The notes under the pieces: model-generated
Databases searched by the model: none
Seen by the model: the letters and a program-made list of their open reading frames with translations, nothing else
What the model was told of the DNA's origin: nothing
Translations under genes and position numbers: made by a program
Shown: in pieces, positions 50,414-59,677 of the stretch
How positions within the stretch are numbered: the stretch's first letter is position 1
Layout: every line of letters starts with the position of its first letter
DNA from: Clostridiaceae bacterium
GTDB lineage: Bacteria > Bacillota > Clostridia > CAYPLH01 > DUMO01
Length of the DNA: 64,000 nt
Direction: 5' to 3'
NCBI GenBank assembly: GCA_012839865.1
Contig: DUMO01000064.1
Location: forward strand, 1 to 64,000

Positions 50414-51100
50414 TTATAATTGTTTTAAAAAAGTAAGCAACATTTTGGAATAAGTAATATTAACAGCAACAAATACTATCGATAAAATAGAAAAATAAAT
50501 TCTAAAATTATGAGTAAGCATATTCAGGCTATACAGGAACAGCGTACAAAATGAGACTTCAGCAATAAATAATAAGAACGTAAAAGCAAGAACGTAATAT
50601 TTTAATTTTTTATGGTACTGGAGCTTAAGGTAAACTATATCCCAGTTCCATAATGAAACGACAATTCCAAGCTGTATCAGCCTTTGGGGTATGCTTGTAA
50701 AAAATCTTGTTAAGTCACTGGCGAAGTACTCTTCCATTGATATTTCAAATAATACGAAAAATTGCGGCATGTATGCAATCTCAATTGTAATAAGAAGCCC
50801 GTAAAATATTAACACAGCCAGGACCGCTTCATGCCACTTTATTTTATAAACCAACAACAAAATCAAAGTATAAAGCAGGACGTTAAACAATACTACTAAA
50901 AGCAACTCTGTAAGTATGTACCTGCTGAAAAACGTTACAGACACCATTAGAGGGGCAGTAATTATTAATCGGACAATATTGATTTTATCATCCAGATACA
51001 GCTTGCTCCGATGACCGGTAAGAAGCAAACCAATATATATATTTAGAACCGCTTCAGGCAAAGACACAGCAAGTATAGTAAATAAGCTCATTTTATCCAT
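50414..51100 (-). CDS. Multi-pass membrane protein resembling an AgrC-type sensor domain without kinase
   Basis: About 6-7 hydrophobic segments; no H-box or HATPase; ends 40 nt before agrD. Confidence 0.6.
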   Translation of the reverse strand: MDKMSLFTILAVSLPEAVLNIYIGLLLTGHRSKLYLDDKINIVRLIITAPLMVSVTFFSRYILTELLLVVLFNVLLYTLILLLVYKIKWHEAVLAVLIFYGLLITIEIAYMPQFFVLFEISMEEYFASDLTRFFTSIPQRLIQLGIVVSLWNWDIVYLKLQYHKKLKYYVLAFTFLLFIAEVSFCTLFLYSLNMLTHNFRIYFSILSIVFVAVNITYSKMLLTFLKQL

Positions 51101-51238
51101 GGCCTGTTATTTCACCCTGTCCGATTTTCTTGACATAATTTTATAATATATAATCTACATTGTAAATAGTTTTTTTGCTAATTTTTTCATAAATATCATT
51201 AATGCTAGCATTTATAGGTTATATTAATAAAAAAGCTA

Positions 51239-51297
51239 TTGACATCAATGATTTGCAATACATATAATAAAATATCCGAGATGCAAATGATTTGCAT
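51239..51297 (+). promoter_or_regulatory. znuA promoter with a Zur-like palindrome
   Basis: TTGACA at 51239, TATAAT at 51263, and perfect palindrome ATGCAAAT-G-ATTTGCAT at 51281-51297. Confidence 0.7.
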
Positions 51298-51506
51298 TTG
51301 TATCTGACAAATTTGCAAGGGGGCTTTATTTTTGCATCAGGTGGCGTATAAAAACTGTTGCCAGGACGGATGCAGCATTATATTGGACAGGTTCACTGAT
51401 ACAAGGGGAATTGCTTTATACCTTCCCCCTGCTTCTGTATCGGCCAGGTGCAGAGAAAATGCATTACATAAAGGAGTACTGCAAATTAAACATGCGGAGG
51501 CTTTGT

Positions 51507-52460
51507 ATGAGAATCAAATGTGTCATTTTCATGATGGCAATTATAACAATATTTTCTTTCACCGGCTGCAATGAAAAGACTAATTCCACTGCAGCACAAA
51601 CCAAACCTGTGGTAGCTGTCACCATTGTCCCCCAGGCTACATTTGTAAAGGAAGTTGCAGGGGATCTGATGGATGTGGTCGTACTGGTTCCTCCCGGGTA
51701 CAGCCCGGAAAGTTATCAACCTTCACCAAAACTAATGGAGGAATTCAGCAGGGCGTCAATTTATTTTGCTATAGGAGTGCCGGCTGAAGAGGCATATATC
51801 CTTCCAAGGGTTGGCAGTATAAACAGCGGTATAAAAATAGTCGACCTTGCAGAAAGGGTGGCGAGGTTTTATCCTCCCAGGAGTTTTGAAACCGGAGAAT
51901 CTTCGCATTCTCACAGTACCAACCCTGATTCCCCGGAAATCCCGTCGGATGAACATTCTCACGAAGGTAACGACCCGCATATATGGCTCAGCCCTAAGAG
52001 AGTCAAGGTAATAATAGAAGAGATTGCCCGTGAATTATCAATACTGGATGCAGATAACAAGAGCATATATGAAAGCAATGCGGAATCCTACAAGCAGGAA
52101 CTGGATAAATTGGATAGTGAAATAAAGGAAATTCTGAGCGGGGTCAGCAACAAATCGTTTATAATGTACCACCCCTCATTGGGCTATTTTGCAGATGATT
52201 ACGGCCTCAATATGCATGCCATAGAGGAAGGTGGCAAGGACGCAGCTCCCAAAACCTTTCAGAGGCTTATTGATTTGGCAAAATCAGAAAACATAAAAGC
52301 TGTTTTTTACCAGGCAGAGTCAGACAGCCGCCAGTCCCGGGCTTTTGCAGAGGAAATCGGTGGTGAAGCCATAATGGTTGAACCTCTTTCTGCTGATTAT
52401 ATAAATAACCTGAGAAAAATAGCTGAAACCTTTGCAAAGGCCATCGAAGGAAATAATTAA
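51507..52460 (+). CDS. znuA: Zinc ABC substrate-binding lipoprotein
   Basis: Lipobox FTGC, His-rich loop SHSHS..EHSHE, DPHIWLSP, HPSLGYF. Confidence 0.9.
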   Translation: MRIKCVIFMMAIITIFSFTGCNEKTNSTAAQTKPVVAVTIVPQATFVKEVAGDLMDVVVLVPPGYSPESYQPSPKLMEEFSRASIYFAIGVPAEEAYILPRVGSINSGIKIVDLAERVARFYPPRSFETGESSHSHSTNPDSPEIPSDEHSHEGNDPHIWLSPKRVKVIIEEIARELSILDADNKSIYESNAESYKQELDKLDSEIKEILSGVSNKSFIMYHPSLGYFADDYGLNMHAIEEGGKDAAPKTFQRLIDLAKSENIKAVFYQAESDSRQSRAFAEEIGGEAIMVEPLSADYINNLRKIAETFAKAIEGNN

Positions 52461-52714
52461 TAAGGCTGCAGTACACCAGAGAATTGCTTAAATTGAGTGC
52501 CGGGAAATACGGGAAATAATAAACAAAGTATCAGTGTTCCTTCTGGAGGTAACAAGTACACTGCCGCCACCAGTTCAACAGGAAAAGCAGCAAACAATAG
52601 TGTTCCCCTGTTAAAAACAGGACAATGTCACTTATCATTTGGAGGAGACGAAGAATAAAGCAACAGTGTTCTTGCAGCAGATTGGAACACTGTCATATAA
52701 ATTTGGAGGAAACA

Positions 52715-53497
52715 ATGAAAAAAGTAATAGAAATTGAAAACTTAAGCGTATTCTACAATGAAATATGCGCTCTTGAAAATATAAACCTCACGGTGTATGA
52801 AAAGGACTTCTTAGGGATTATAGGTCCCAACGGTGGAGGAAAAAGCACTCTGTTGAAAGTCATAATGGGACTCTTAAAACCTTCCAAAGGTGCTGTTAAA
52901 ATCTATGGGCATTCAATCGACAGCCTCCGGGTCCCGATAGGCTATGTCCCCCAGTTTGGCAGCTTCGACAGGGAATTTCCCATAAGCGTGGAAGATGCCG
53001 TGCTGACCGGATGCCTGTATGGTAAAAAATTATTTTTCCCTAAATTTCTCAATGATGACCACAACACTGTATCAACACTTTTGAAGGAACTCAATATCCA
53101 TGACCTCAGAAAAAGGCAGATTGGTGAGCTTTCAGGAGGACAACTGCAAAAGGTGTTGATTGCGAGGGCTTTGGCTGCAAAACCCAAAATACTGTTCCTG
53201 GACGAGCCTACCGCAAGTGTCGATACCAGCGCACAAGGTGAGCTTATGGAGCTTTTGAAGGAGCTGAACAAAAAAATCACCATCGTTATGGTATCCCATG
53301 ACATAGGGGCAATATCTTCGAATGTCAAAACCATAGCATGCCTAAATACACAGTTGTATTATCACGGCAACCCTGAGCTTGACAACTGCATGGTGGAAAA
53401 GCTCTATGGCTGCAATATCGACCTCATAGCCCATGGTGTCCCCCACAGGGTTCTTGGAACTCACAAAGAAAAATCCGGCAAGGAGGAAAACAAATGA
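52715..53497 (+). CDS. znuC: Zinc ABC ATPase
   Basis: GPNGGGKST, LSGGQLQK, LDEPT, GVPHRVLGTH. Confidence 0.92.
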   Translation: MKKVIEIENLSVFYNEICALENINLTVYEKDFLGIIGPNGGGKSTLLKVIMGLLKPSKGAVKIYGHSIDSLRVPIGYVPQFGSFDREFPISVEDAVLTGCLYGKKLFFPKFLNDDHNTVSTLLKELNIHDLRKRQIGELSGGQLQKVLIARALAAKPKILFLDEPTASVDTSAQGELMELLKELNKKITIVMVSHDIGAISSNVKTIACLNTQLYYHGNPELDNCMVEKLYGCNIDLIAHGVPHRVLGTHKEKSGKEENK

Positions 53498-54324
53498 TAG
53501 CTTCGATTTTTAAATATGCCTTTTTGCAAAATGCCTTAATAGCTTGCATATTGTCCAGCATCGCCTGCGGAATAATCGGCACAGTTATAATGGAGAAAAA
53601 ATTGGTTATGATGAGCGGCGGCATAGCTCATGCTTCCTTTGGAGGAATTGGTCTTGGATTTTTACTTGGTGTGGAACCTATTTTTACAGCCCTTCTTTTT
53701 TCAGTCGGAACAAGTTTATCCATATCAGAAATAAACAAAAGATCAAAAACAAATCCCGACCTTCTGACCGGGATTTTCTGGTCGGTGGGTATGGCGCTGG
53801 GTATATTGTTTATTTCACTTACACCGGGTTACCCTCCGGATATGTCTTCCTACCTTTTCGGAGATATTCTTACAGTATCAAGAAATGACCTGATAACAAT
53901 GATAGCCCTTGATATTGTGATAATCTTTTTAATATTTGCCGGTTTCAATATGCTCAAAGCCTATATGTTTGACAGGGAATTTGCATCTGTCCTGAGGTTG
54001 CCGGTAAATTTTCTGGACTACATGGTTTATATTCTCATAGCATTGACGGTGGTAGTACTTATCAGAGTTGCAGGAATCATACTGGTTATTGCGCTTTTGA
54101 CAGCGCCTCCCGCCACAGCCAGACTGTTTTCCTATAATCTTAAGAATATTATGCTGATATCAATACTTACAGGTTTGGTTCTCTGCCTGACAGGACTTTT
54201 TATATCCTACAGTTATAATATCCCTTCCGGTGCTGTTATTGTACTTGTTTCAGGAGCAGCTTACCTTGTATCTGCTTTAATCAAAAGACTTATAAATAAA
54301 ATCCGGCTTTCATCCGCAGTCTAG
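53494..54324 (+). CDS. znuB: Zinc ABC permease
   Basis: SGGIAHASFGGIG, SYLFGDIL, GIILVIALLTAP. Confidence 0.92.
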   Translation: MIASIFKYAFLQNALIACILSSIACGIIGTVIMEKKLVMMSGGIAHASFGGIGLGFLLGVEPIFTALLFSVGTSLSISEINKRSKTNPDLLTGIFWSVGMALGILFISLTPGYPPDMSSYLFGDILTVSRNDLITMIALDIVIIFLIFAGFNMLKAYMFDREFASVLRLPVNFLDYMVYILIALTVVVLIRVAGIILVIALLTAPPATARLFSYNLKNIMLISILTGLVLCLTGLFISYSYNIPSGAVIVLVSGAAYLVSALIKRLINKIRLSSAV

Positions 54325-54393
54325 AACAGCGGATTCAAGCCGGATTTATAAAATCAAATAATCATTCAAACAAGTATTTAACCCTTATTATAA

Positions 54394-55866
54394 CTATGCT
54401 GCTTGTGCATCTCCATTGTCAGAATTTTTGACTGAAAGCATGAGATTCAACAGTATCCCGATGACAGCTGCTGTAGCCAAAGCCGGGAGTTTGGCTCCGA
54501 ACATTGGAATCATTCCGCCTTCGAAATTGAAGCTTCCACCCAGTCCGACTATTAAAATTACAGCAATTACTGCAAGGTTTCTGGCGCTGAACATATCCAA
54601 TTTCTTATCCAGCATTATCGTAATACCCTGAGCCCCGATAACACCAAAGAGGTATATGGAAAGTCCGCCGATTACACATGTCGGGATTGAATATACCGCA
54701 TTAATCAAAGGAGTAAAGCAGGATATTATCATTGTTATAATCGATGCGGCAATAAGCACGGGAACTGAGAAATTCTTGGTTATTGCCATGGTGCTGATGT
54801 TTTCACCATAGTTTGTACCTGCAGGACCTCCGATAAGCCCGGATACGATATCTCCAATACCGTCGCCGATAAGGTTGAGACCCAGTTTGCTTTCTATATC
54901 ATATTCCTTTGTAGATTTCTTCTTTTTCACCAGGTCATTTACATAAATGTGCAACTGGTACACATGAGCAGTTGACTCGGGTATGGTTGCAATAGCTATG
55001 GGCATTATTGCCAAAACTGCTGCCCAGGTTGGTTTCGGTAATGTAAATTTGGGCAGGTTCAATATATAATTTGATTGAATTGTGTCGAAGCTGATAAATT
55101 GAATACCCGTTGCAAACCCGATAATCACCGCCGCCAGATATCCTGTAAAAAGTCCGAACAGTATTGGCAGTTGGCTGAGTTTTCCCTTGAGATAAACTGA
55201 ATACAAAACGGTAGATAATAAAGTGATTATGGCTATTAACCACGCATAGTTGGATGCAGCGGCTTTTTGCTGTTCTGCCTTCTCAATTTCATCCTTTGCC
55301 TCCACTGCCTCAGCAGAGTTCTTATCTTCAATTGAGTCATATACTGCCTGGGCTTCAGCAACATTATTATTGATATATTGAGGAACAGCAGCAGCATTGC
55401 CCATTGCATTGGCTGCCAAAGATAATCCGATTATTATTGCTATACTTCCGGTAACTGATGGAGGAAGTATTTTGTCTATAACTTTTTTCCCGCTCTTGTT
55501 TACAATAAATCCAGCGAGTATTGAAACAAAACCTGACATCACAATGCCAAACTGAGCTACTGAAATTCTCTCATCCAATGTATAGTTTGCAAATGCTTCA
55601 GCGCTCATTATGGAAGCTATGGCTGCTATATACGAGAAACTCGAACCGTAATACAGCGGCAGCTTCTTTCCGGTAATAAGGATAAAGCACAAAGTTGCCA
55701 AACCGCTTGCAAAAATTGTTGTCGAAACATGGAAGTTTGTCAGCAGGGCTACAAGCACTGTTGCCGGAAACATTACTACAATTTGTTGGAGTGCAAAAAG
55801 GATCAGTTCAAAAAATGGCGGCCTCTCATCTGGCAGATAGCCTAAAACTTCTTTTTTTACAGACAT
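54394..55866 (-). CDS. uraA: Uracil/xanthine (NCS2) permease
   Basis: ALQQ, GSSFSY, TNYGENI NAT motif; PyrR-type leader. Confidence 0.88.
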   Translation of the reverse strand: MSVKKEVLGYLPDERPPFFELILFALQQIVVMFPATVLVALLTNFHVSTTIFASGLATLCFILITGKKLPLYYGSSFSYIAAIASIMSAEAFANYTLDERISVAQFGIVMSGFVSILAGFIVNKSGKKVIDKILPPSVTGSIAIIIGLSLAANAMGNAAAVPQYINNNVAEAQAVYDSIEDKNSAEAVEAKDEIEKAEQQKAAASNYAWLIAIITLLSTVLYSVYLKGKLSQLPILFGLFTGYLAAVIIGFATGIQFISFDTIQSNYILNLPKFTLPKPTWAAVLAIMPIAIATIPESTAHVYQLHIYVNDLVKKKKSTKEYDIESKLGLNLIGDGIGDIVSGLIGGPAGTNYGENISTMAITKNFSVPVLIAASIITMIISCFTPLINAVYSIPTCVIGGLSIYLFGVIGAQGITIMLDKKLDMFSARNLAVIAVILIVGLGGSFNFEGGMIPMFGAKLPALATAAVIGILLNLMLSVKNSDNGDAQAA

Positions 55867-55912
55867 GATTAATACCTCCTGATTTTTAATTTGTTTGAAA
55901 GGAGGAAAAAAA

Positions 55913-56032
55913 ATCACAAAAAAATCTTGCCATACAGCAAGATTGCCTATCAATAACTTGACACGCAAAAGTTGTCATAAGTTATTAACTATGTTCAATC
56001 TTACCGGCATCTCTGTACCGAGTTTAAAGATT
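55913..56032 (-). promoter_or_regulatory. PyrR-type attenuator
   Basis: UCUUUAAA followed by CGGUACAGAGAUGCCG (variant of ARUCCNGNGAGGYU), then terminator AAUCUUGC-UGUAUG-GCAAGAUU with a U run. Confidence 0.65.
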
Positions 56033-56226
56033 TCTTTTCCTAAGAAATATAATTACACAAATTTTTATTTTTGTAAACAGGTTTTTTAAATAATTTAGCT
56101 GTCAATTTTTGTTGAATTACTATTAAAAAATTTTTACAAGTGTCATATTTTATGCCCTGTTGCACCATCTGGCTCACAATACGGAATTCGCAAGTATTTA
56201 TTCTGTCAATTCCATACCTTTTTCAT

Positions 56227-56255
56227 TTGACACTCATTCCAAATTTCACTATAAT
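56227..56255 (+). promoter_or_regulatory. Consensus sigma-A promoter TTGACA-N17-TATAAT
   Basis: Exact consensus, 400 nt upstream of the TM1266 gene. Confidence 0.85.
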
Positions 56256-56410
56256 CATATTGGAGCTTTACCGGAGAGTTACAAATAATCTTTATTATGT
56301 GGCTTCCTGGGGAGCACCAGTTAAAACTTAAAAGTAAAATTCGTTCTGACTTATTTGGGTACGTCCCGAAGAGAAAGGCGGGTGATTGTCGAAATTGCAG
56401 AGTATGTTAC

Positions 56411-56436
56411 CCACGCCTTTTTGCGTGGTTTTTTTA
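56411..56436 (+). terminator. Leader terminator upstream of the TM1266 gene
   Basis: CCACGC..GCGTGG followed by a T run; overlaps an alternative helix with AAAGGCGGGTG. Confidence 0.7.
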
Positions 56437-56655
56437 TTTAGTGCATGATTATATGCATGGTTAACAGTTTTATTGGTATTGGAAGGTTTTCAGAAAGATA
56501 TATTATGAAGTGATTCTGCTGCAGCACAGTATGATGGTCCCGCTGACGGTTAAAAAAGCAAAGGAATAAACCCCACAGCAATTCCGCTGCGGAGCAGTTT
56601 GACGGTCCTGCAAGAGATTTATAAAGATACTGATGGAAAGGTATGATTTATTAAA

Positions 56656-56907
56656 ATGGATAAAAGAATATCAGTAATCAGCATCATTGTAGAAGATACT
56701 TCTGCAGCCGGAGAAATAAATGATCTTTTGCATCAATTTGGTGATTATATTATCGGCCGCATGGGTATACCTTACAGGGAGAGAGGTATATCAATCATTT
56801 GTGTTGTCCTGGAAGCTCCGGGGGACATTACAAGCTCCCTTTCCGGGAAACTGGGAATGATAAAGGGTGTAAGCGTGAAGACCGTTACATCCAGGACACG
56901 TGTTTAG
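56656..56907 (+). CDS. TM1266-family (iron-only hydrogenase system) putative regulator
   Basis: RISVISIIVED..INDLLHQF..IIGRMGIPY..LSGKLGMIKGVSVK. Confidence 0.9.
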   Translation: MDKRISVISIIVEDTSAAGEINDLLHQFGDYIIGRMGIPYRERGISIICVVLEAPGDITSSLSGKLGMIKGVSVKTVTSRTRV

Positions 56908-57070
56908 CATATTTGCAGTGTCAGTGCCGGGGTATTATTGACCCATAGGAAGTACGGTCAAAAACATTCCGGCATTGAAGCAGTTTTCCGTCGGGAATAC
57001 AACAAACGGATTTTTTAAGAAGTGCTTGAGATTATTATCATTATAATTTTAGAAAGAAGGATTGATATTT

Positions 57071-58054
57071 ATGAAAAAGGGAATCAGCATTTTGCTTATT
57101 TTTATAATGATGTTTGCATTATTAACAGCTTGCACCAAGAACACGGAACCTCAACAGAATGAAGAAGTGGAAATCAGGATTGCAGGGCTTACAGGACCAA
57201 CCACCATGGGGCTTGTACAATTACTGGACCAGGCGGACCAGGGCAAGACAACCAACAAGTATGCATTCTCACTCCATGGCTCGGCAGATGAAGTTACTCC
57301 AAAGCTGATACAGGGTGAGCTGGACATGGCTGCAATCCCCGCCAATCTTGCTTCTGTCCTGTACAATAATACAGAAGGCAAAGTAAAGCTCCTTGCTGTT
57401 AACACCCTGGGAGTCCTTTATATTGTTGAAAAGGGAGACACAGTCTCGTCCATGGAGGATTTGAAAGGCAAAACCATCTACTGTACAGGAAAAGGTTCAG
57501 TGCCGGAATATGCGTTACGTTACCTTTTAAATGAAAACGGTATCAATCCGGACAACGACGTTGCCCTTGAGTGGAAGTCTGAGCCTGCGGAAGTTGTGGC
57601 TTTGCTGTCACAGGCAGACAGCGGTGTTGCTATGCTTCCCCAGCCATATGTCACTGTCGCAAAATCAAAGGTTCAAAATTTGCGCATAGCCATAAATCTC
57701 AACAATGAATGGGAAAAACTTGACAACGGCAGTCTGATGATTACAGGTGTCATTGTGGTCAGAAGTGATTTTGCAGCAAAATATCCGGAGCAAATCAAGA
57801 ATTTTTTGGATGATTACAAAAAATCAATCGAATATATCAATTTGAATATAGAAGAAGGTGCTGCCCTCGTTGAAAAATATAATATTGTAAATGCAGCGGT
57901 GGCTAAGGAAGCCATACCATATTGCAACATAACCTATATGGATGGAACTGATATGAAAACTGCAATGGAGGGGTATCTGAATGTCCTATATGAACAAAAC
58001 CCGAAATCAGTCGGAGGAAAGCTGCCCGGGGAGGACTTCTACTACAAAGAGTAA
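57071..58054 (+). CDS. NitT/TauT (SsuA/THI5-like) ABC substrate-binding lipoprotein
   Basis: Lipobox LTAC, GPTTMGL, IPANLASVLYN, LPQPYVT. Confidence 0.88.
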   Translation: MKKGISILLIFIMMFALLTACTKNTEPQQNEEVEIRIAGLTGPTTMGLVQLLDQADQGKTTNKYAFSLHGSADEVTPKLIQGELDMAAIPANLASVLYNNTEGKVKLLAVNTLGVLYIVEKGDTVSSMEDLKGKTIYCTGKGSVPEYALRYLLNENGINPDNDVALEWKSEPAEVVALLSQADSGVAMLPQPYVTVAKSKVQNLRIAINLNNEWEKLDNGSLMITGVIVVRSDFAAKYPEQIKNFLDDYKKSIEYINLNIEEGAALVEKYNIVNAAVAKEAIPYCNITYMDGTDMKTAMEGYLNVLYEQNPKSVGGKLPGEDFYYKE

Positions 58055-58805
58055 AAAAACAGGCAAAATCGCAGCAATTATACTAGCCATTGCAGTGTGG
58101 CAAGCAGGAGCAATGATTATCGGAAACTCATTGCTCCTGGCCGCCCCATTGACGGTTGCCCGAAGGCTCATTGAACTTGGCGCCGGTATTGACTTCTGGA
58201 AAGCCATAGGATTTTCCTTTGTACGGATTGTATCCGGATTTTTGCTGGCTTTGGCGGCAGGAATTGCTCTTGCTGTTGCTGCAGGCCGCTTCAGGTTCCT
58301 GGAAGAAATCTTTTACCCTTACATAATGACTGTCAAATCAACACCGGTGGCTTCCTTCATTGTTTTGTGCCTTATATGGCTCAATTCAAAAAGTTTATCC
58401 GTCTTTATAGCTTTTCTGATAGTTTTGCCAATTGTTTATACTAATGTTTTACAAGGCATTAGCAGCACCGACCGCAAGCTTTTGGAGATGGCAGACCTTT
58501 TCAGGGTGAAATGGTGGCGAAGGCTGCTCTATATATACATCCCGCAGATAACGCCATACTTAATATCAGCTTGCAGCGTATCAATCGGAATGTCCTTTAA
58601 AGCAGGCATAGCCGCTGAATTGATCGGGATACCGTCAGGTTCCATTGGCGAGAGGCTCTATGAAGCAAAAGTTTATCTTGACACCGGGGACCTCTTTGCA
58701 TGGTCCCTTGTAATAATTACCATAAGCGTTCTCTTTGAGAAGCTTTTTATATATGTTTCAAAACTTATTTTAAAATCCGGAGGGAAAACAAAAGTTGAAC
58801 ATTAA
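57981..58805 (+). CDS. NitT/TauT ABC permease
   Basis: KSTPVASFI, LLEMA, FKAGIAAELIG; start uncertain, overlaps the upstream gene by 74 nt. Confidence 0.85.
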   Translation: MSYMNKTRNQSEESCPGRTSTTKSKKTGKIAAIILAIAVWQAGAMIIGNSLLLAAPLTVARRLIELGAGIDFWKAIGFSFVRIVSGFLLALAAGIALAVAAGRFRFLEEIFYPYIMTVKSTPVASFIVLCLIWLNSKSLSVFIAFLIVLPIVYTNVLQGISSTDRKLLEMADLFRVKWWRRLLYIYIPQITPYLISACSVSIGMSFKAGIAAELIGIPSGSIGERLYEAKVYLDTGDLFAWSLVIITISVLFEKLFIYVSKLILKSGGKTKVEH

Positions 58806-59379
58806 AATAGACAAAATCTCAAAGAGTTTTGGAGATAAAAAAGTATTGGTGAATTTTTCAGCCGTGCTGTATGAAAACCAGTTTAACTGCATCATGGGTC
58901 CCTCCGGCTGTGGGAAAACCACGCTTTTAAATATTCTTATGGGGTTCCTCTCCCCCGACAGCGGAACGGTAACCGGTGTCCCCGAAATCAAAAGCGCTGT
59001 ATTCCAGGAGGACCGCCTGTGTGAGCAGTTTAGCGCAGTTTCAAATATACGGATGGTGATATCAAAAAAAGTTGATACGGATGACATAATAAAACATCTG
59101 AACAATGTAGGCATCGGCAACAACAGCATATATTTGCCTGTGTGCGAATTGAGCGGTGGCATGCGCCGCAGGGTGGCAATAGTACGGGCTGTTATGGCCG
59201 AAAGCGGGATTATTTTTCTGGACGAGCCCTTCAAGGGTCTGGATGAGGAGACCAAAACCACTGTAATAAAGTACGTAAAAGAACATGCAAAGGGCAAAAC
59301 CTTGGTTCTGGTAACCCACAATATAGATGAAGCAAGGAACTTCAGCGGAAATATAATACAAATGGCTATTTACCAATAA
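58795..59379 (+). CDS. ABC ATPase
   Basis: [28 protein letters not shown]. Confidence 0.92.
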   Translation: MNIKIDKISKSFGDKKVLVNFSAVLYENQFNCIMGPSGCGKTTLLNILMGFLSPDSGTVTGVPEIKSAVFQEDRLCEQFSAVSNIRMVISKKVDTDDIIKHLNNVGIGNNSIYLPVCELSGGMRRRVAIVRAVMAESGIIFLDEPFKGLDEETKTTVIKYVKEHAKGKTLVLVTHNIDEARNFSGNIIQMAIYQ

Positions 59380-59424
59380 AGGAGATTCAAAAACATGTTG
59401 GCAAGTTTCTGGCCAAAACTAGAA

Positions 59425-59665
59425 AAACCAACAGGTGGTTATGATGTACCAGCCGGTCAATCAACGCACCTGTCAGTTTTTCGTTATAGAAAATACCGTT
59501 ACATTTACTAAATTCCAGGTTTGTTGTAATTACCACTCTCCTTTTTCATATCATTCTAAATTACCTGAAACAAAAGCTTTGAGCCATTTTTTTCAAAGGG
59601 GACATATCCCCATTCGTCACATATTAACAAATCTTTTTCCTCACTGTTTCATAAAGCGTTGGAAT
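59425..59665 (-). mobile_element. istB: IS21-family istB remnant
   Basis: DLLICDEWGYVPFEKNGSKLLFQVI / RVVITTNLEFSK.NGIF..EKLTGALIDRLVHH, with stops and a frameshift. Confidence 0.85.
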
Positions 59666-59677
59666 TAGCTTATTATG

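Noticed and set aside
52532..52700. CRISPR-like repeat/spacer geometry
   Set aside because: Repeats differ strongly and the 'spacers' resemble each other, which fits a tandem duplication
56262..56595. THF, glycine, purine or guanidine-IV riboswitch
   Set aside because: Only scattered fragments match (GCAGAGTA, GCAATTCCGCTGC, GGAGAG, ACCGG); core stems and spacing do not fit
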